In this document: piece after piece, positions 1 to 15,993 of the stretch
Numbering within the stretch: position 1 is the stretch's first letter
Layout: the number at the start of each line of letters is the position of its first letter
Assembly (NCBI RefSeq): GCF_009914755.1
Contig: NC_060931.1
Length of the DNA stretch: 64,000 bases
Source: the human T2T-CHM13v2.0 reference genome, Homo sapiens
Reading direction: 5' to 3' (one strand)
Program-made: the position numbers and the translations under genes
The notes under the pieces: model-generated
Told to the model about the DNA's origin: nothing
Database searches by the model: none
What the model saw: the letters and a program-made list of their open reading frames with translations, nothing else

Positions 1-846
1 TCCATTTGTTATTTTGCTAAACCTCCACAGAGGTTGTAGAGTTTGCATTCTACTAGTAAAGTACAAAAAAAGGGCCCATTTTCCCCAGGCAACTTGTATC
101 AAACCTATATCAAAATGAAACCAATTTTTCCTAATCTCTTAAAGTTTGTTTATTGAGGTACAATTTACATGCAATAAACTCACCCTTTTTACCGTAAAGT
201 ACGCAATGTAATTTGAATTTGCATGTATTTTAGTATAAGCATGATGAACTATTTTTATAATCACAAGAAGAGAGAGTTTTAAACCCCAAAATGTAATGAA
301 TACAACATTTAAATAAGACTACTCAATTTGTACATTCTTATGTCTTTCAAATTCAGCAACTTTCATTCTTTCCTTTATCCTTTGGCAAATTCAGAGTATG
401 CAGTGCAATACCAAGCGATTTCTTAAAATGTGTTGCTGCCAATTTTGGAGAAGTACAGTAAGACAAATTGACTGTCAAGATGGAAAAGCTTAACTGGGAA
501 GATACATTTATTGAATAATTGAAAGGAAGAGGAAATGCATTACCGATTAGCCACAAAAATGCCTGACGCCTAACCTGTGCCTCAAGAGACTCTTGTAAAT
601 GGGGAGTCATAAAACTGTTTCAGCCCCCGAAGTTCTTACCAGCTCAAACTCATCACTGCTTTGTTTATAGGTTGCAGTACCAGAGCAACGATGGACTGAT
701 TGCTTTCAGGGCTGGCTGAAGTGCAGTGTTACAGCCACTCTTTGTAGCTTTACTAACCCTCTACACTTTAAGTCTGATGTACTTAAATATTTTAACTGAA
801 TCCTGGATTTATCATTACCTGCTTTGCTTTGAGACTTCTGCTTTTT

Positions 847-1009
847 AGGAGGCAGCATAGTATAGATTGGAGAAAAGGCAGTTGGTGTTGGCAGAGTTGG
901 GACTGGAACTCAAGCCTTCTGGTTTACAAAACAAGGACGTGACTTCCAGCAAGCAAGTTCCTTCACTTCTCTGGGCATATTCCCTATCTGGTCAGAGAGT
1001 GTTAGATTA
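847..1009 (+). mobile_element. MIR-family SINE fragment
   Basis: Degenerate match to the MIR 5' end and core (gaggcagcatagtatag ... cttcacttctctggg ... ccctatctg). Confidence 0.5.
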
Positions 1010-1177
1010 GATCCTGCTACTCAAAATGTGATCCTCACATCAGCAGCCTCAGCCTTACCTAGAAGATCCTCAGAAAGGCAGAATCTAGAGCCGCATCCCA
1101 GAGCTGTGGAATCTGGATGGGGATTCTAATCAGATGTTCAGGTGATTTGAACATGCATTAAAGTTAAAGGAGTGCCG
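1010..1177. mobile_element. MER5A1-like hAT-Charlie DNA transposon relic
   Basis: ctgctactcaaaatgtgatcc...cagcagcctcagc...gcagaatct...caggtgattt...cattaaagtt resembles the MER5 consensus. Confidence 0.65.
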
Positions 1178-1591
1178 TACAGATTTGCAGGGTTCCCTGG
1201 AGAGGTTGGGGTCTTCCCTTCATCTCTGGTAGCTTGTTGGAGGTGGTGCTGACGGCCACAGCCTTGGCACCACTCCTCATGTTCTAGCTGTGGTTAGGTT
1301 GAGATTGAGACAGTGAGGCAACAGAGGAGACAAGAAAGTCAACTCCAGTGGCCTTTCCGGGGCCTTGGGAAGCGAGCCCACGCCTGCAGGATGCCATCTG
1401 CAAGCTTGGCTGTGTTATCCAAATTCTTGAGGCTCGTTCAAGAACAAGGAGGTAAACAGAGTCAAGCTAGATATCTGTAGTACTTCCTTATGTGTCTCTG
1501 ATGTGCCTCCTTACCAGCATAAGTAAGTGTGAATGATATACTCCAAGTGGTGTCCTTTGGAAAAGGAAGCTGATTTTGGGAGGGAATTTGA

Positions 1592-1980
<389 letters not shown>

Positions 1981-2823
1981 TTAAAAAGTGTTTCTGCCAT
2001 TGTACCAAGCATAAAAATCCTGAATTAGCTGTCAGTGTGAGAAGAGTCCTGCTCATGTACCTAGAACTTCTCACTGGGTGAAACCCCTCCTCTGTTTTGT
2101 GCTGTTAGGATTTCTGGGCTGTTCTTACTTTCTGTCCCAGACCTGACTCAAAGGCCTGGATCATGCATATGAAGCACGTGATTTTTCAATGCCTTTGATA
2201 ATAGCTTGCTGTGGGAAAATCCTGTGAAAGAAAAATATGGGAAATTTTGTGAAGACACATGGAGAGACACAGAGCTGGATCCCTAACTGTGACATCTCTG
2301 AATAAAGGGCCTTCCTTCCTCATTGGATCCAGGAGCTTTGCTAGCTGGATGGGGACCTATCCGCAGCAAGGGCTTGGGGTGCCCCTTTAGCCCTGAAGTT
2401 AGGAACAAAGGTTTTGAGAAGCCTTTCAATTTCAGCTTTATCCTAAGCAAAAATCTTCCCAGAAAGGTTGATAAGACAGCACTGGACAGAAATGTCGGAA
2501 GTCCAGAGTTACTTTTCATCAGCGCTTTGCCAAGTGCTCGGTCTTTTCATACCTCTGAAGCATGTGAAGAAGGCAGCTTTCTTCCCATCTCGCTGGTGTT
2601 ATTGTTCCAGGCTGTTTGGAGAGACCTGAAGATAGCCAAGTTCTGTTAGCCAAAAATTTGCTTTGTTTATAAACCCAAGTTTTGTTTTTGCTTTTGTGCA
2701 TGTTATCGGTTTGATCTGTGTTACCAAAAGAACATTGAAAATAATGAATTGCTTTGATGAGAATTCCAAGGAATAATGGCAAACAAGTGTGTATATACAA
2801 CAGTACGTAAACAGAAATATGTA

Positions 2824-2998
2824 AGCCGGGCACAGTGCAGGCACCTCTAATCCTGGCTACCCAGGAGGCTGAGGCAGGAGGATCACTTGAGCCCAGGAGT
2901 TGGAGCTGTAGTGTGCTGTGATTACACCTGTGAATATCCAGTACAGTCCAGCCTAAACAACCTGGGGAGACCCCACCTCTAAAACAAAAAACAGAAAA
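2824..2998 (+). mobile_element. FAM-like fossil Alu monomer (7SL-derived)
   Basis: Monomer with the longer 7SL-type segment (gtgtgctgtgattacacctgtgaata) and an A-rich tail. Confidence 0.7.
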
Positions 2999-3981
2999 CC
3001 CCAGAAATACATAGAACCAACAAGAATACCACATACTTTTCCCGTTTGATACAATGAGGTAAGAGGAGAAAGTTAACGCCCAGGGCAGTTCATTTAAGAA
3101 TGCCTGAAAAACACCTTCATTTCAAAGGATGTTGTCATCTATTCTTTTTCTCTTTTGAAATTGTGTAGTAATAAAAGGATGCATCTTTTCAGCACAAAAA
3201 TATGGGAAGGATAATTTTCCCCCAGTTGTATACAAAAGTACTTACTCCCAAATGGGGCCATTCTTTTCTATTGAGTGCCCTACTGGTCTTTCGTTATTCT
3301 GTTTTGAGATTTTTATGGAGTTTGGCTTATGGGGTAATCAAGCCATTCTACTAAATGTGGCCCTTTTGACCTTTGGAGGGAGATCTTTTGACCTTTGGAG
3401 GGAGTACATCTTTTACATCCATACAGGAGCAGCTATTTTCTATATTTCTTTCACGATTGTAGAATTTCACTTAAATTTAATATCCAAGGTTAGTCTCAAT
3501 GTCCAGCACCCCTTTAACTTGGTTGAGTGGGGAACCCCATGTGGTCCCAGGGGACTTTCTTAAAAGCTCTAGCAAGTGTAGTTGATGGGAAACTTTATTT
3601 CAGTTCCCGTTTGCACCTTTGATCTCAGAAGTTGCTGGGATCAGGTGACGGGCATTAAGAGACCTGCCTTTTCACTTGGAAGTTGAGCACTTGCTGAACA
3701 AAAAATTATCTGTAAATGTCAAGTGTGTCCCTTTGGTCAAAATGGAAAGTGGGGAGGAAGGGAAGGCCAAGAAAAAACATCCGTGTGATGTTAAATAATG
3801 TTTGACTCATTTCAATAGAAAACACTTCTCTTTTGTATGTTCAACAAATGTATTTGTTTTAAAAGGGAAAAATCAACTTGTCAACTATTGTTTCTTAATT
3901 GTGATGCCATAAAAGACTTTCTGGAGATTAAGGAAAACATTCATTTTCAGAATGTAGTCTAGGCTGCTGTTTTTTCTCATA

Positions 3982-4229
3982 CAGAGACAGAGTCTCGCTA
4001 CGTTGCCCAGGGTGCTCTTGAACTCCTGGGCTCAAGCGATCCTTCTACCTCAGCCTCCCGAGTAGCTTGGACTGTAGTACACACCACCACACCTGGCTAA
4101 TTTTTTTTTTTGTAGAGTCAGGGTCTTGCTATGTTGCCCAGGCTGGTCTCGAACTCCTGGGCTCAAGCAATCCTTCCAACTCGGCCTCTCAAAGTGTTGA
4201 GATTACAGGTGTGAGCCCCTATGCCTGGC
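3982..4229 (-). mobile_element. Old Alu (AluJ/FLAM-type dimer with short right arm)
   Basis: ctcctgggctcaagc occurs in both arms; internal T-rich linker. Confidence 0.85.
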
Positions 4230-4453
4230 GCTAGGCTACTTTCTTGAATGCAGTCTCCTCTGGCCAGTTGGCCTTTCTCTCCCTTCCCACACCCCCAGGG
4301 TCATTGCTCCCCATGGTCAAAGGCTGTTCCTGCATCTTTCTCTGTCCACCATTGACCCCATTTGCTGTGGGCGCATACCCCCGCAGGTGGTGGAGACAAG
4401 GACCCAAGCCAGGAGGGTTGGTGCCAGGTCCTGTTGCTGGAGTTGTGTGATAG

Positions 4454-5005
<552 letters not shown>

Positions 5006-6292
5006 TGAGTGGCCTGCTCTTCTTTGGCCTGACTTTTGCCCTCTCCCTGGGGATCAGGTGGGTGGGAGTCGGGGAGGGATCCCTAGGGAGACTGAGGTTT
5101 CCTTGTTGGAAACATCATCCTTTTCTCTGAGACTAGAGACAGGGAATGGGGCTGTTGGGTGAGACTCGGGTCTCTTGGGAAAGGACAGGTTGGGATGGGT
5201 GGGTGGTGAGGACATTGTAAAGAAGTAAAATATTTATGGGCACTCGAGAGTGGAGGCGGAAGGAGAGGAAGGCTTGGAAAGCCCTGGGCCAGGGAGACCC
5301 AGCAGCAGTGGGAGGCAGGGAGTCGAAGCCTGGGGCATATCAGAGGCCATGCAGTGTGAGCAGATCCTTTCAAGAGAGGCTCTCTGCCTCTGATGGAAGA
5401 AGTGTTAAAGAAAACTCGTCTCCCTGCAGCTCCAAAGGCAGGAAGATTGGGACCTGATGAGTATTCCAGCTTAAGGATTTTTTTTTTCATTCTGATTTAC
5501 TTCCTCCTATGTGGGTCAGAGAAGTAGGGAAGAAACAAAACAAGCTGCATTTAGAGAAAGTGAGAAATTTCTTTATGGAAATCCAGGCTCTCTCCTCTGT
5601 CTTGTTTTTGCCAAGTTACAAAGAAACGTCTAAAAAGCAGCACAGAGGAACACAGCAAAGAAAAGAGAGGCAGAAACCCAGTGTGCAGCGCCAAGTAGAG
5701 CTGAGCCCTGGTGCCCCGGGGGCTATAATTCTAACCCGGCACAGCTCCTGAGGCTGTGTGTCTTTGTTACTGTTTTTCTTTTGAAAACCTGGTGGCTTTG
5801 GTGGTTCCGGGCCTTGCTTTTTCCTAAGAGGGGAAAGCACAGTCTTTGGGGGGCAGGTTTCCTCCTTCCCCAAGGAGCCGGGCCCGGCTTCTGCCCCCTC
5901 GGCCGTTTCTGTGGCCTCCAGACCATAAAGTGATGTGAGAACCCAGGCACCTGGGTTTCACCTCTTCTTTGTGTGTCTTCATTTAAGAGGTAACAAGACA
6001 GATGGGGGGAACTCAGATCATCGCTTTTTTTATTCCTTTTTGTTAACCGTTGCTTTATAGGAGATGTAGCTAGTGGAGGATGGAAGGCTGGGGATTTTCT
6101 AGGGGCATTGATGAGAATCTGGCCACAGGAGCGAGAGAGGCCCTGAGGTTTAGGCAGAATGAGCTGTCTCGACACCAAGATGCCCCACAGCCCTGAAGCA
6201 GCAGTTTCGGTTTGCTCTGTCTGCAGTAGCGATGGGAAAGTTTGCAGGAGTTGTGATTTCAGAAAGTGTGCGCGTACAGGGAGGATCTGTAA

Positions 6293-6790
<498 letters not shown>

Positions 6791-7314
6791 TGATCTTCCT
6801 CAAACGCTCTCTGGCCTGAGGTCCAGCAAAAATACCTGTCAGCACCCATACTAAGCTAGCTCAGCCCCTGTGAATCAGACACTGCCCGAAGAGAGTGGGT
6901 TTGTTTGGAGTTAGGAGGCATTTCCAGCTAAATTCAGCCACTGAGTGGTCAGACCCAGGTAGTGTGTCCTGTGTCGTCTGGGCTCCCCTGAGGGCGATGG
7001 AAGCGTCCCCAAGCCCATGTCTGTCTCGCTCCAGGATCTTAGATTGTGTCCTGGTTTAAGGGGTTTCTTTTCATTGGGCAGGGCAGGGCCTTCTCCTGTC
7101 TCCTTGGGAGGAGATGACACACTCTTTGTGACAATATATCCCAGAATTTTAAGGGCAGATCTCATGTTAGACACAGGGTCCTTGTCTCCTCACCTGTGTT
7201 AATCAGGTCAAGCGTCCCAGTTTTGGTCCAGTGTAGCCATGTTATGCCGCCAATACAGAGAGCCATATAGCAGTAATTGACACTTGAAGAGGACATGCGA
7301 GCCCTGCCGTGTGA

Positions 7315-8105
<791 letters not shown>

Positions 8106-9686
8106 TGACGGCTGTTGGCTGGAGAGAAGGGAATGTGTCCTAGTGCCCTGCCTCAGGCAGCTCTGACTTCAGGGGCCTAAAGTAGGAACTTCTTTCTAGG
8201 CAGTTGTATCCAGCACTGCGGGCGGAAATGATTCCATCTGCCCTCAAAACAGTCATGTCCAGTGTTGATGGCTAACTTCTTAAAGGGTTGTTTAGTTTTC
8301 TTGAACTTCCCGGGGGACTGTCACCGGGCAGAAAATGCACCTGCTTGTGCTTTGCATCAAGTGCTAGCACATACATTCTTGCAGGGTAATGGGGGTGAAG
8401 AAGAGAGAAGAGAAGGGAGAGAGACCTCTGCCAGGAGGCTGGGACTGCATTGGGTGCCACCTGTGCATTCCGATGGCTTCCCTAAACCCACTTTGTTGGA
8501 GGTGTTATATTTCTTGTGTTTCATAAGACAGTCCCTAATCTGGTATTGTGCTCTGTCAGCCAGTGTTCAGGGATCCCCGCAGGGACAGAACGCTCTGCCT
8601 TGGGGCAAGAGGAACCACTGGCCATGACATGGTCTTGCTTTAACTGGGGGCTAGCACATGTCCAGAACCAGTGAGGAATTTTTTTTTAAGTTAATAACGA
8701 TAATTCATAGTGCCATATTAGAATGCTAAATATTCTCAGATAGAGTCCTGTCTAACAGTGAGTATTAGAGTCATTTTTTACTTATTTAATTTTTAATATT
8801 TCAGGAAATACTGGATTTTAAGGCCATTACTATAGGCATTGTGAGAATAAATTGCATGATTTTAAAAGGAGTCCACTTCACCCAACTTTGCTTCCTCTCC
8901 TTCCTCTCCCTCCCCCCATCTTGTTTAACTTACTTTTTAAAAATGTGTTTTTAAAGTTTGTTTTATAAATTTCATTTCAAGGAATATTAGCAATGAGGCC
9001 TTGTGACCAGAAATATGTTCTTAATAGCAAATCCTGTATCTCTTTTTTGGATGAATTATACTTAACAATTAGATTTTGAAGATCCTAAGATTTTGAGAAA
9101 GTTTTCTGCTGGCCTGTGTGAGCTGTTTCACAAATAAATTTAACCAAAGGTAGTTATAGCATCAATATGATGACATTATTTAGAGGGAACAATAGTATAC
9201 TCTTTTTCTGTTCCAATGAAAGGCTGTCTGGCCTACCCCAGATCACTTTGTATTTGGGTATAATACATTTCAGAAGACAGCTGCATGGCAAGACAGTTTT
9301 TCTGCCAAAGTGAAGATGAAAATAGGGGGAATTCACTGGGTAAATCAGACCAAATGCTCACCTCTCTCTGATTTATCTGGATAATTGGCTGTTCTCTCCT
9401 GTTTAGAGGTTTGGTTCGTGCCAATCTGTAGAAAGAAAATAGTAGGAAGAAAGGCATCCTAGTACGTGCAGAACTAAAACGTACCACTTGGTTTTTAATT
9501 TTGTTCTTCCATTTCTGTTGGCTTCTTGTCAGGGAGACTCAGGAGCTCAGAATGGTTTCATATGTAATGAGGTTATGGGGTCTCATGACAGCTTAATGAC
9601 AGGGAAGCTTTGTAGGGCCACCTCCACTGTAGCAGTGAACAAAAATGCAGATTAAGTAACTAGCTTTTGCTTTGATCCCTTTACAG

Positions 9687-9731
9687 TTTGACAAATACCC
9701 TACAAAAGTTGACCCATTCTACCGGCACAGT
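9687..9731 (+). CDS. AUTS2: AUTS2 coding exon 10 (45 nt, phase 0-0)
   Basis: ccctttacag|TTT GAC AAA ... CAC AGT|gtgagt, encoding FDKYPTKVDPFYRHS. Too short for the ORF track. Confidence 0.95.
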
Positions 9732-11066
9732 GTGAGTTTCATTACCATGCTACACATTGAATGTAACTGCTTTGCCATTTTTGTGCTCTTGCCACAGATC
9801 AGTCAATGACTAGCAGCCTTCCTTAATCATCTTTGCAAGAGTTCCCATTGCTCCTCGCCACTTTGGATGCTTGCTTTTGTGGTGTTTTGCTTTTGGTAAA
9901 GATGCAGTATCATCTTCTGAATCAAAAGATCATAAGCATTCCAAAGGCTTGAAAGCAGAGTTGCTCTTTAGTGGCAGTCAGGCATCTGTCCTGCAAAGTG
10001 AGATGTCTGCAATGGAGTCAGTAGAGTTCCAGGAGAGTCTGAAATCACAGCATTTCAGTCGTCAGTTGAAATGCCACTAACACAGAAGTTCTGGAATGCA
10101 ACCTGAATTATTTCCTCTTAAATAGAAAGTCCCTTGTCTTTTTGACTCATGACTCTTCAACAAGTAGATTTTCATTTGCTCTAGACTAAATGTAGAACCT
10201 TCTTCCACATGGCTGGTATTGTTCTGTTGAGTTTGTTACAATAGAAAGTAAAAATATCACTTAATTAAAAGAAACTCCCAAAATTGAAATGAGTGATATT
10301 TTCTCTTTAAACTCATTCTCCTTTATTTAAAAAAAATAAAAAAAACTTGTTTTATGCCATTTTAAGAGTATGTTCTGGAACTTCAATTGATAACACCCTA
10401 AGTTATAGGTTCAGTTAACTTGTAAGACAAGAGCTTATTTTTATTCAAAGACCTTGAATATTTCCATGATATTTTGATGATGGGGTGAATACTGCATCAT
10501 TTTTATCTGAAAATTTGCAAGTTTCTTTGCCAGTGATTTCTTTTTTTTTTTTTTTTAATGAAACCAGAAAAAAGAGAAGGTTAATCATGCTTGTAGCCGT
10601 GTTGATTCACCATACTCAACTGTTCTTGCTTAGGTTTGTAGATAGTGTTATCATTTGAGAAGTGCTACTTTAATAGATCAGCAAAGACTGAATTCATTCA
10701 TATTCTGAACCAGATAATTAGATACCATGTTAGTCAAGAGGTTAGCTGAGAAGTCAAGGCTAGAAAATATTAGAAATCAATTGAAAATTATGTACTCTAG
10801 GGGCATTTAGAAATAACGTAAGATGAAAGACCTCTTCAAAAAGAAGTTAGAAAAGTGTATTTGAGTGATGCCTCCTCCCCCTCCCTCCCAACATGGTCCC
10901 CGCTGTTCTGCTCAGTACCAGAATACAAAAACATATTTCACGGGGACACCCAAAGCCCAGTAGACCTATGGGTTTCCTCTTTGGGTCTGGCCCATGGATG
11001 CCACCATTCTGCCCTTAGTCTATACTCTGCTGATTTAAAGTAAGGACCAGCTAACAAAATAATTCA

Positions 11067-11508
<442 letters not shown>

Positions 11509-13154
11509 TTATTACTTAGGCGCTTCAGGTTTTTAGTCAGGGGGAGGAATAGTCAGCTATATTTATATTCTAAGAGGTCAATGATGGAATAAAGCAAAAA
11601 GAAAGTGGTAAGAACATCCAGTTTTTAAATTGTAAACATTAAAGGGAAAAGCCCACCTGGAGGCAGAATACTAGAAATTTGAGTGTGTTTCACTGGGGCA
11701 TGTATTTAATTACTCAGCTTTATTCAGTGTACTGTGGGAGAGTTATTTCATATTAGGAGTTATAGTGGATAATATATGAAGTACTCAGTCTCCCCTGCTT
11801 TGGGGATTAGGACATTATAAGGGGAATTAAGATGCAATGCACTCAAGTATCTAAAACACAATTTTAGACTTAAAAGTAGTTTTAAATGAGGGCACTTGGC
11901 TTGCAATCACTGTTTAAGTGGATTTAGTTCAATATCAATTAGTCTGAAAAACTTTGCTGCATCATTGAAGGGAGCAAAATGAAATAAAGACCAACAGAAA
12001 AAGGACGTGCTCTGAACACGGGATTGCGAAATGTGAATTTCAGTCATTACCAAAAATAACTAACACAAATACTTTATTAAGACGAGCTTCAATTATTGTT
12101 GTAATTTTGACATAATAAACCACCACGAAGGTGGGGCATTATTTAAAATATTTGTATGGTGGCTTGATAAATGGAAACAAACCAATAGGACCTCAAAAAG
12201 ATTAAATTTTTAGAAGGAGGGAAAGTTGTGTTTGCATTGTCTTCAGATTCTCTGTATTTTTTTCCTCAATTGTGTCCTTTTATAGGCTGTTGATTCAGGA
12301 AAATTCATAGTCTTCATTCAGAATCATTCTTTTACCATCATAGAGTGGACTCCTACGTGAAGGGCTTGGCTTGAGTATCCTCCAAAGAGCTTGTTCATTT
12401 AATAGCAGATACCATTCAGAAGTGGCCATAAAAACTCAGACTTCATATGTTAATACGGAAGTGCTTTGAGTACCTGAGACTTAAACAAGAGCAACTGAAA
12501 GCTCGATAGTGATATTCCAGACTCGGGTTATTTCTGTGCAACTAGAATCCATCTTCTAGACAAATTGGCAGCTCCATTTAAAGTATACATCGAGTCGTTT
12601 TATTTTACCCTTTCACAAATATTTGTCATTATTTTAGATGAGAGAATTAAATTGTCCTCTGGAACTGCCACTTCTGCAACAACCTAATGAAGCAAGGATT
12701 GTGAATATACTCTCATTTCCTCAAACTATTAAAAGTCTGAAAGTACTAATTGAGTTTTAATGGTATAAAATCCTGGCACTCATGAAGACTTCTTTTTCTT
12801 CCCCCTTTTTTTTTCTTTTTTCTGTCTTTTTCCCCCTCTAATTAACTTGTAATTTTCTGGGCATCTTATTTGGCTCAGGATCCCTCCTGTTTTTGAAATG
12901 CATTAAAATCTCCAATCATTTAGGACTTCTATCTGATTTAACAATTAATAATTAGAAAAGCTCCCTTTCTAATGATGCCCTCACCCGGGATGTCATTTGC
13001 TGGCTGATTGATCCTGAACTACTTTTAACTTTTTAAGTTACACATTCGTGGCACGTCTGTGTGATCATTCCATCATGGCTTCTTGACTAATGGCATCAAA
13101 CTGAGATTACGTGGCTTGCTCATGTCGATGTCTTTCTATGGGACGGGAATTTGA

Positions 13155-13409
<255 letters not shown>

Positions 13410-15690
13410 TAATCAGGTCCTAAGTGACCACTGGGATTAGAGTGAGCCTATTTTTCTTTTTTTTCCAAGTCCATCTAGTTTTAAATGGCCGTGAAAATTT
13501 ACTTTTCAAACTGTACTACCCAGATAATCTCAGTTAAGCTAAGATTTCTTGTGCTCTTCAAAATATACACAATATTTATTTTTTTACTACCAATATCGTG
13601 GACATAACTTCTGGTCAGGAATTCTATGAAATATCAGACACATGTGCGCCAGGTTGTTCCGCAGGTGTATGTAATTAGTAAAGACACAAAGCTGGGTCCT
13701 TACTGATTTTAGTAGAAGTGGGGATAAAGGTTCCACAACTAAAATTGTATCCTATGAATTCTCATTCTCCCTCATTTCCCTCGCCAACCCCATCGGCTGC
13801 AAACAGGGCCTGCCGGCAGGTGGGGTGGTCGCCTCCCATTTTGGTCCTCCTTTCTTTCTCCCTCTCTCTCAGCCATCCCACCCCTGCCATGGTTACACTG
13901 GCCAAGGCCAAGACTTTGTCATCAGTTACTAACATCCTAGTGTGAAATTAACCTTTCATCCTTTATAAAAATCAAATTCTGTTCTACCTAGTCAGTGATA
14001 ATGCCGTCCAGCGTTGGCTACAGCTGTCTCTAAAGGTCAATATTGAAGAGTCATTCTCGAAACACTCTCTTTTTAAATATACTTACAATTTCTATTTTAC
14101 CTTCACACAAAAATAAAAAGAGCCGTACTTTCATGTGGGTAACCATTCTCAGACTTGAAGATATTCTGCTGTGTGCCATTGGGTTTTCGTTTTTCTTTTC
14201 CCCACCATCTCATGGCTAAGGTAAAACACAGTTTTGGTCCAGAGTCTTCCAGGATAAGCACATAACTGCATTTCCAAAGACGTGTTTCATTAAAAGAATT
14301 AAAAGGCATTAGAGGTGGGGTCCCCTCCCCCTTCAAAATCACCTGCATTGAATTGCATTGAATTCAGTTCATCTATTGAATTTGCCTGCATTGAATTGCA
14401 GCCTATATGCAAGGTTACAGATATACAGGGCTTTTATGACTGCCTCGTTAAACACCTCCTGTCTGGAGATAAAATGATGGTGATTTTAAACTCCTTCCCC
14501 CAGTCTGCACCTCACTACTCCCTCAGACCCTGGTCTGTCCCCTCTAGGTTACACCAAATCTCTGGGGCCTCCCCAAACAGACTGGTAGGTCATTTAATAA
14601 ATTAGACTATTTCCCTCGCTCACAATTATCCAATCACACAGAAAACTACATCTGGGCAAGAAAGTGTCTCTCCTGGTGTTGAAATAGGCCTTTCCAGGCC
14701 ATCGTCCTGATTGAATATGTAGATTGCAGTTCATTAGTGGAGTTCTTCATATGTATGCAAATCAGGTTGTTAACAACTCCAGCTTAATTGTTAGTTGTAC
14801 TGCAGCTGATTGCTTTTCTTTCTTTCATTCTTTCCCCCCCCTTCTCCTTGTAGGCAAGCTTCGGGCCTAAACTTGAGCTCCTTTTCCCCACGAGTTTAAC
14901 TTCCTGGTGTGGGGGGTGTTCATAGAAGTTGTGATTTCTTCCATAAAATAGCTGGTGTCGTGTCCTGAATCCTTTCCCACTAGAAATAGTGATTGTGCCC
15001 AAAGTAGGCTTTTTATTGTTGCTAATTCAAAGGACAGAAGCTCACAGATAAGGTTAATATTAGCAATATTTGAGAATGGTGGTGGGAATAGGTAAGAGCA
15101 AGCAGAATTGCTTTAGAAATCATCAAAGAGCAGATCCGCAAGGTCCCTAAATTAGGTTCTCTTGTCCCATTTCCACCACTGCTAATGAGTAATTACTGAG
15201 TATAATTCCTTATTATTGTCTACCAGTTAAAACGGAGAGCTTAATGTCTGTAAAGTACTTCCAGTTATTCTGATGAGAAACACCTGATACTGCCAATTAT
15301 AATAATGTTCACTTAAGCGTTTCTTGGAATGTTTGGTGATTAAGCAAAAAAACAGTGGCAGTCCCTGCCATGGGTTCATTCAGAGGAAGAGGAGTTCCAG
15401 GACAGCATTTACGTTTGTTGCTTCTCTTTTTTGGTCCTGTGCTTTTTATTGCAGTGAAATGTTCTGGGGACCTCTCTCTGCTTTTACATGCCATTGCTGG
15501 AGAGAGCAAGCTGTGGTCAGGCCCCCTTGAGAAACAGCATGTGTGGTCCCTGAGAAAAATGAATCTTGCGTTTCAGAAGGAAACAAACAAATGAAGTTTG
15601 GCTTCTCTCATTTAGCAGAAGGGAAGGATCTTGCTTTCATGTCACCTGTTTTGTGCTTCCTAAGTAAGCTGTGGTCTAATTAATTTGTAG

Positions 15691-15993
<303 letters not shown>

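Noticed and set aside
5724-5729. TATAAT in intron 7 as the TATA box of an internal promoter
   Set aside because: Not a consensus TATAWAWR; a single hexamer is uninformative.
9533-9571. Possible 39-nt in-frame exon (GDSGAQNGFICNE) in intron 9
   Set aside because: The acceptor is fair but the donor GAG|gttatg is weak; insufficient support.
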